DNA of 47,302 nt from contig CAIKWD010000018.1 of NCBI GenBank assembly GCA_903831095.1, positions 1 to 47,302 of the forward strand, given 5' to 3'. The DNA is from Candidatus Staskawiczbacteria bacterium (lineage in GTDB: Bacteria; Patescibacteriota; Minisyncoccia; Minisyncoccales; Staskawiczbacteraceae). This document shows, piece after piece, positions 44,136 through 47,302 of the stretch (positions within the stretch are counted from its first letter, which is position 1; every line of letters begins with the position of its first letter). Below the pieces are notes generated by a model. That model had not been told where the DNA came from, did no database searches, and worked only from the letters and a program-made list of their open reading frames with translations. The translations under genes and the position numbers were made by a program.

Positions 44136-44876
44136 TTATTTTATCATAACCAATCTCCACTTACCATATTGATCTTTTTTGAATTCAAAACTATTATAAT
44201 TATATTTTTTGACTAGTTTTTCTATATTTTTCTTTTGTATATAATCAAACTCCATAAAAATTATCCCTCCGGGGTTTAAATGATTTTTTGCCTCTTTAAA
44301 AAATTTATTAATATAATAAAGCCCATCTCTTCCTCCAAACAAAGCTTCCTTTGGCTCAAATTTTAAAACTGACTTTTGAATTTTATTTTTTCTTGTTGTG
44401 GGAATATACGGCGGATTGGCAAAGATAAAATCATACTTACTTTTTATATTTAAAAAAATATCTGACTGGATTACCCTTCCTCTAACTTTGTTTATTTTCA
44501 AATTTAGCTTAATTTGTTCTACAGCTTTTTTATCTTTGTCAGCAAAGTCGCACAATAAACTTGGAATGTTTTTTAACAACGAAATTCCAATGCACCCAGA
44601 CCCGGAAAAAATATCCAAGGCAGAAAATCCGTATTTTTTGCGGTCGGAAAAAACACGGCTAACTTCTTTTATAGCCTCACCTACCCAGTATTCTGTTTCT
44701 GGTCTTGGAATCAACGGCTTTTTAGACAAGTCTATTTTACATCCCAAAAACTCGGTAAATCCTATTACATAATCTACAGGCTCCCCTGCCTTGAGCCGCT
44801 CAACATCTCTATCAAAATTTTTATCTGGTTTATTATTGTATTTTTCTTTTAACAACCAGCTAATCTCTTTTTTCAT
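44136..44876 (-). CDS. prmC: Peptide chain release factor N5-glutamine methyltransferase
   Basis: SAM motif LDIFSGSGCIG and the catalytic FANPPYI. Confidence 0.85.
   Translation of the reverse strand: MKKEISWLLKEKYNNKPDKNFDRDVERLKAGEPVDYVIGFTEFLGCKIDLSKKPLIPRPETEYWVGEAIKEVSRVFSDRKKYGFSALDIFSGSGCIGISLLKNIPSLLCDFADKDKKAVEQIKLNLKINKVRGRVIQSDIFLNIKSKYDFIFANPPYIPTTRKNKIQKSVLKFEPKEALFGGRDGLYYINKFFKEAKNHLNPGGIIFMEFDYIQKKNIEKLVKKYNYNSFEFKKDQYGKWRLVMIK
44544..44556 (-). repeat. Motif copy (plus strand aaaGTCGCACAAT) inside prmC
   Basis: The RC reads gtttATTGTGCGACttt (10-mer core). It is read in a different frame (LLCDF). Confidence 0.75.
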
Positions 44877-44945
44877 ATTTTTATATTAACACAAAATATA
44901 AATAAAAAAGACTCATCGTTGAGTCTATGTTCAAGCTATTAAAGC

Positions 44946-45893
44946 TTATGACTTTGGAGAAAGAATCATTTTCAAAAGGGCCATTCGAGTGAAAAGCCCA
45001 CTGTCAATTTGTTTTGTGAGATAAACCGCACGCGGATCACTATCTACTTCGACAGTAATTTCGTCAACCCTTGGCAGAGGATGCATTATTATTGCATCAG
45101 TTCTCATTAAATCAAGAATAGTTTTGTCCACAATAAAATAGCCATGTTTTCTATTGATTATTGTCCCACATTCGGTTTGAGCTCTGGTTTGATAGACTAC
45201 ATCGACCAATGGTGCAATCTTGCGCAAATCAGTTGATTCAGTAAATTCAACATTATGCCGACGAAGATACCTTTTAACATCACTACCCATTCTTGTATTA
45301 GGAGGTGACACAAAATATATCTTCACACCTTTAAATTTGCCGAGCAAATATGAAAGCGAACGTACTGTCCGTCCTTTATCCAAATCGCCAACCATGGCAA
45401 TTTTAAGCCCGTCAATTTCACCACGGTGTTTGAAAATTGTCCTCCAGTCCAATAAAGCCTGCGTTGGATGTTGGCCGGGTTTACGATCTCCGGCGTTAAT
45501 TATAGGCACATGTGAAACCTTGGCTGCAAGTTCAGCTCCAATTTTGTGATCATATCTAATTACAATCACATCTGGGCGATAACGATTAATCACGTTTATT
45601 GTGTCCATAAGCGTTTCGCCTTTTGCGCCCGACGAAAATTCTCGGGCGTTTTCAGTTGAAAATACAACTTTTCCACCCAAGTAATCCATTGCCATTTCAA
45701 ATGACATCCTTGTTCGTGTCGACGGCTGATAAAAAAATGAAATCATTCTTTTGCCCCTGAGAAGCTCACATCCTCTATTTTCAAATAGAACTTGCATCTC
45801 ATCAGTTAGCGGAAGAAAATACTTTTCCAAAAAAATTCTGCTGAACTGCTGGGCATAGATTACATTTGGGAATCCCTCAAATTTCGTACCCAT
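44946..45893 (-). CDS. pyrB: Aspartate carbamoyltransferase catalytic chain
   Basis: STRTR, HPTQAL and HPLPRVDEI, which is ATCase-type rather than the HCLP of OTCase. Confidence 0.88.
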   Translation of the reverse strand: MGTKFEGFPNVIYAQQFSRIFLEKYFLPLTDEMQVLFENRGCELLRGKRMISFFYQPSTRTRMSFEMAMDYLGGKVVFSTENAREFSSGAKGETLMDTINVINRYRPDVIVIRYDHKIGAELAAKVSHVPIINAGDRKPGQHPTQALLDWRTIFKHRGEIDGLKIAMVGDLDKGRTVRSLSYLLGKFKGVKIYFVSPPNTRMGSDVKRYLRRHNVEFTESTDLRKIAPLVDVVYQTRAQTECGTIINRKHGYFIVDKTILDLMRTDAIIMHPLPRVDEITVEVDSDPRAVYLTKQIDSGLFTRMALLKMILSPKS

Positions 45894-45993
45894 AACTTTT
45901 TCTCCTTATTGTTAAAATTGGAAACGAACACATTTTCATCAATTTTACTCTTGTAAAAAATAATGTCAATATGCTACAAAATAATATGCAAAC

Positions 45994-46018
45994 AAAAACA
46001 GCTTTGAGAGCTGTTTTT
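45994..46018. terminator. Bidirectional intrinsic terminator
   Basis: aaaaACAGCTttgagAGCTGTtttt, 13 nt after the stop of the small ORF. Confidence 0.8.
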
Positions 46019-46030
46019 GCATTTGCTATT

Positions 46031-46201
46031 TTATTGTTTGTCTTTTGCTTTGACTTTGATTTTATAGACAATATTTACCAACCCAATAATAACAACAATC
46101 ACTACTACAATCAGTAACAGATACTGCCAATTTGAGGCAATTTTAGACAAGTCCCCAATACTCATGTCTGCGGCTAAATATTTTCCTGGAATTTGTGTCA
46201 T
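46031..46201 (-). CDS. Unlisted small membrane protein (56 aa)
   Basis: Translated by hand as MTQIPGKYLAADMSIGDLSKIASNWQYLLLIVVVIVVIIGLVNIVYKIKVKAKDKQ. It starts 5 nt after the stop of the surface-protein gene and is followed by a terminator. Confidence 0.5.
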   Translation of the reverse strand: MTQIPGKYLAADMSIGDLSKIASNWQYLLLIVVVIVVIIGLVNIVYKIKVKAKDKQ

Positions 46202-46206
46202 AGTTT

Positions 46207-47302
46207 TTATTTCTTTTTCTTCTTAGTGAAATAATAAATTGCGTATATAGCTATAGCAATTATCAACACTATTAATAATGGCCAGAAATATTTAGAAGCG
46301 CCATTTGACAAAGCAGCTGTGAGCAAGCCTGCATTGCCTGCTTTATTTTCTGTTGAAGTTGTTGGTTGGCTGACTGCCTGAGTGCCCTGAACCTCTTCTA
46401 TTTGAACTGGAGCCTGAGTTGTTGCTGATTCTGATGATGAAAATTCTTGACCTGAGGTACTATTATTTACAGCAACTTCATATGAAGGGCCTTCACTAGT
46501 TTGCGAGGTTTCTGCACCAGCTACTGCCGGAGTTGTTGTCTTATACTCTCCGCTTATAGCCAATGAACCGCGTGAAACTGTCCTAAAATAATAGGTTGTT
46601 AGTGGGTTTAATCCTGTAAGAACAACCTTGTGCGAAGTTACTTTTGGATCTGTATCAAGTTCTGCAGTTGCATGAGCATATCCATAGGTTGGAGGGTTTC
46701 CCGTTGTGTCGGTCATATTTAGTTCATGATTTTCTCCTTCGGCCGAATATACAACATAACTGCTTGCTGAAAAATTTGTCGTCCAAGTTAAAGTTAAAGA
46801 ATTCGTTGTAATGCTTGGTGCCTGAAGTTCTGAAATCATCAATGCTGGCGGTGTATATGATCCACCTCCCCCGCCTCCTCCACCGTTTGTCTGTTTAGCA
46901 GTAATCACGCCAGTTATATCATTAACAAAAGTTACATCATAGTTTTTTCCACTATTACCATCTGTAACAACTCCTGCAGGCGTCAAAGTTTTTCCAGTAC
47001 CTACATCTGCCGTATCAAATGTTTGTGTCCAAGCTGCTGTGTCAGTTCCAACCAAACTGCCAAGCGTAATTGTCGGCACTCCAGATGAACTTGTTGTCCC
47101 GTCATAAACCTTGCTATCTGTTACTGCTGTAACTGTAATTGGCTTTGCAGTAACTGTCAGATCTTTACTGACAAAGGTTATTGCGTAGTTTGTGCCTGCT
47201 GACAATGTTCCCTGACCAATGGCATATGCTCCGACATTCTCGCCTGCAGCGCGGTCTAACACGCCCGTGAATGCGTCTGTGCCTACCAATGGGTCATTTG
47301 TA
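46207..47302 (-). CDS. 5'-truncated cell-surface protein (YDG/MBG-type repeats, Gly8 linker, FN3 domain, C-terminal anchor)
   Basis: The frame is open to the window edge. It has repeats of the form ITVTA..DSKVYDGT and an NGGGGGGGGS linker. An FN3-like segment (SLTLTWTT...YYFRTVS) and a Ser/Thr-rich stalk follow. It ends in the TM helix WPLLIVLIIAIAIYAIYYF plus KKKKK. Confidence 0.75.
   Translation of the reverse strand, partial: TNDPLVGTDAFTGVLDRAAGENVGAYAIGQGTLSAGTNYAITFVSKDLTVTAKPITVTAVTDSKVYDGTTSSSGVPTITLGSLVGTDTAAWTQTFDTADVGTGKTLTPAGVVTDGNSGKNYDVTFVNDITGVITAKQTNGGGGGGGGSYTPPALMISELQAPSITTNSLTLTWTTNFSASSYVVYSAEGENHELNMTDTTGNPPTYGYAHATAELDTDPKVTSHKVVLTGLNPLTTYYFRTVSRGSLAISGEYKTTTPAVAGAETSQTSEGPSYEVAVNNSTSGQEFSSSESATTQAPVQIEEVQGTQAVSQPTTSTENKAGNAGLLTAALSNGASKYFWPLLIVLIIAIAIYAIYYFTKKKKK

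Noticed and set aside
45877-46071. A 64-aa ORF in the track between pyrB and the surface-protein gene.
   Set aside because: It reads straight through a strong bidirectional terminator hairpin and overlaps the pyrB start. The alternative 56-aa TM ORF (46031..46201) fits the signals better.
1-47302. Alternative genetic code (UGA recoding), as seen in some candidate phyla.
   Set aside because: All recognisable housekeeping genes are full-length and uninterrupted under the standard bacterial code, with normal stops.

Overview
This is a visibly AT-rich bacterial chromosomal window read with the standard genetic code. It has canonical TTGACA-N16/17-TATAAT-type promoters and many bidirectional terminators of the form A-run, stem-loop, T-run.

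Gene content:
- Housekeeping genes: murI-murD-ftsW-murG-gltX on the + strand; thrC, uppS, pyrG, rplI, ctpA, mraY, two DD-carboxypeptidases, aspS, tyrS, trpB, hisI, hisG, murC, thpR, prmC and pyrB on the - strand; rpmA and efp on the + strand.
- One tRNA-Ala(GGC).
- Large repeat-rich surface proteins with C-terminal anchors at both window edges.
- A tandem pair of secreted paralogues.
- A free-standing LAGLIDADG endonuclease gene.
- A tightly packed seven-gene module: MFP, ABC ATPase, two FtsX/MacB permeases, two unknown proteins and a VirD4/TraD-like ATPase.

The style suggests a small-genome uncultivated lineage (Patescibacteria/CPR-like). The supporting traits are orphan amino-acid-pathway genes, a TrpB2-type trpB, an AspRS lacking the GAD domain and scattered cell-wall genes. 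This lineage assignment is inference only.

Most interesting signals:
1. Coding strands converge at about 10.7 kb. A Xer-type tyrosine recombinase gene sits there, bracketed by two 27/28-identical 28-bp sites with dif-like architecture (11-bp arm, 6-bp spacer, 11-bp arm).
2. A motif family (TTT)ATTGTGCGACAA(T) is far more frequent than chance. Its orientation flips at that same module, and copies cluster at intergenic boundaries between 9.1 and 12.6 kb.
3. A T-box-type leader has a perfect GGUGGUACCGCG box and competing antiterminator and terminator helices. It is followed by a small SD-preceded ORF and then a second, unassigned GC-rich structured leader in front of trpB.

No CRISPR array, reverse transcriptase, rRNA or transposase was seen.
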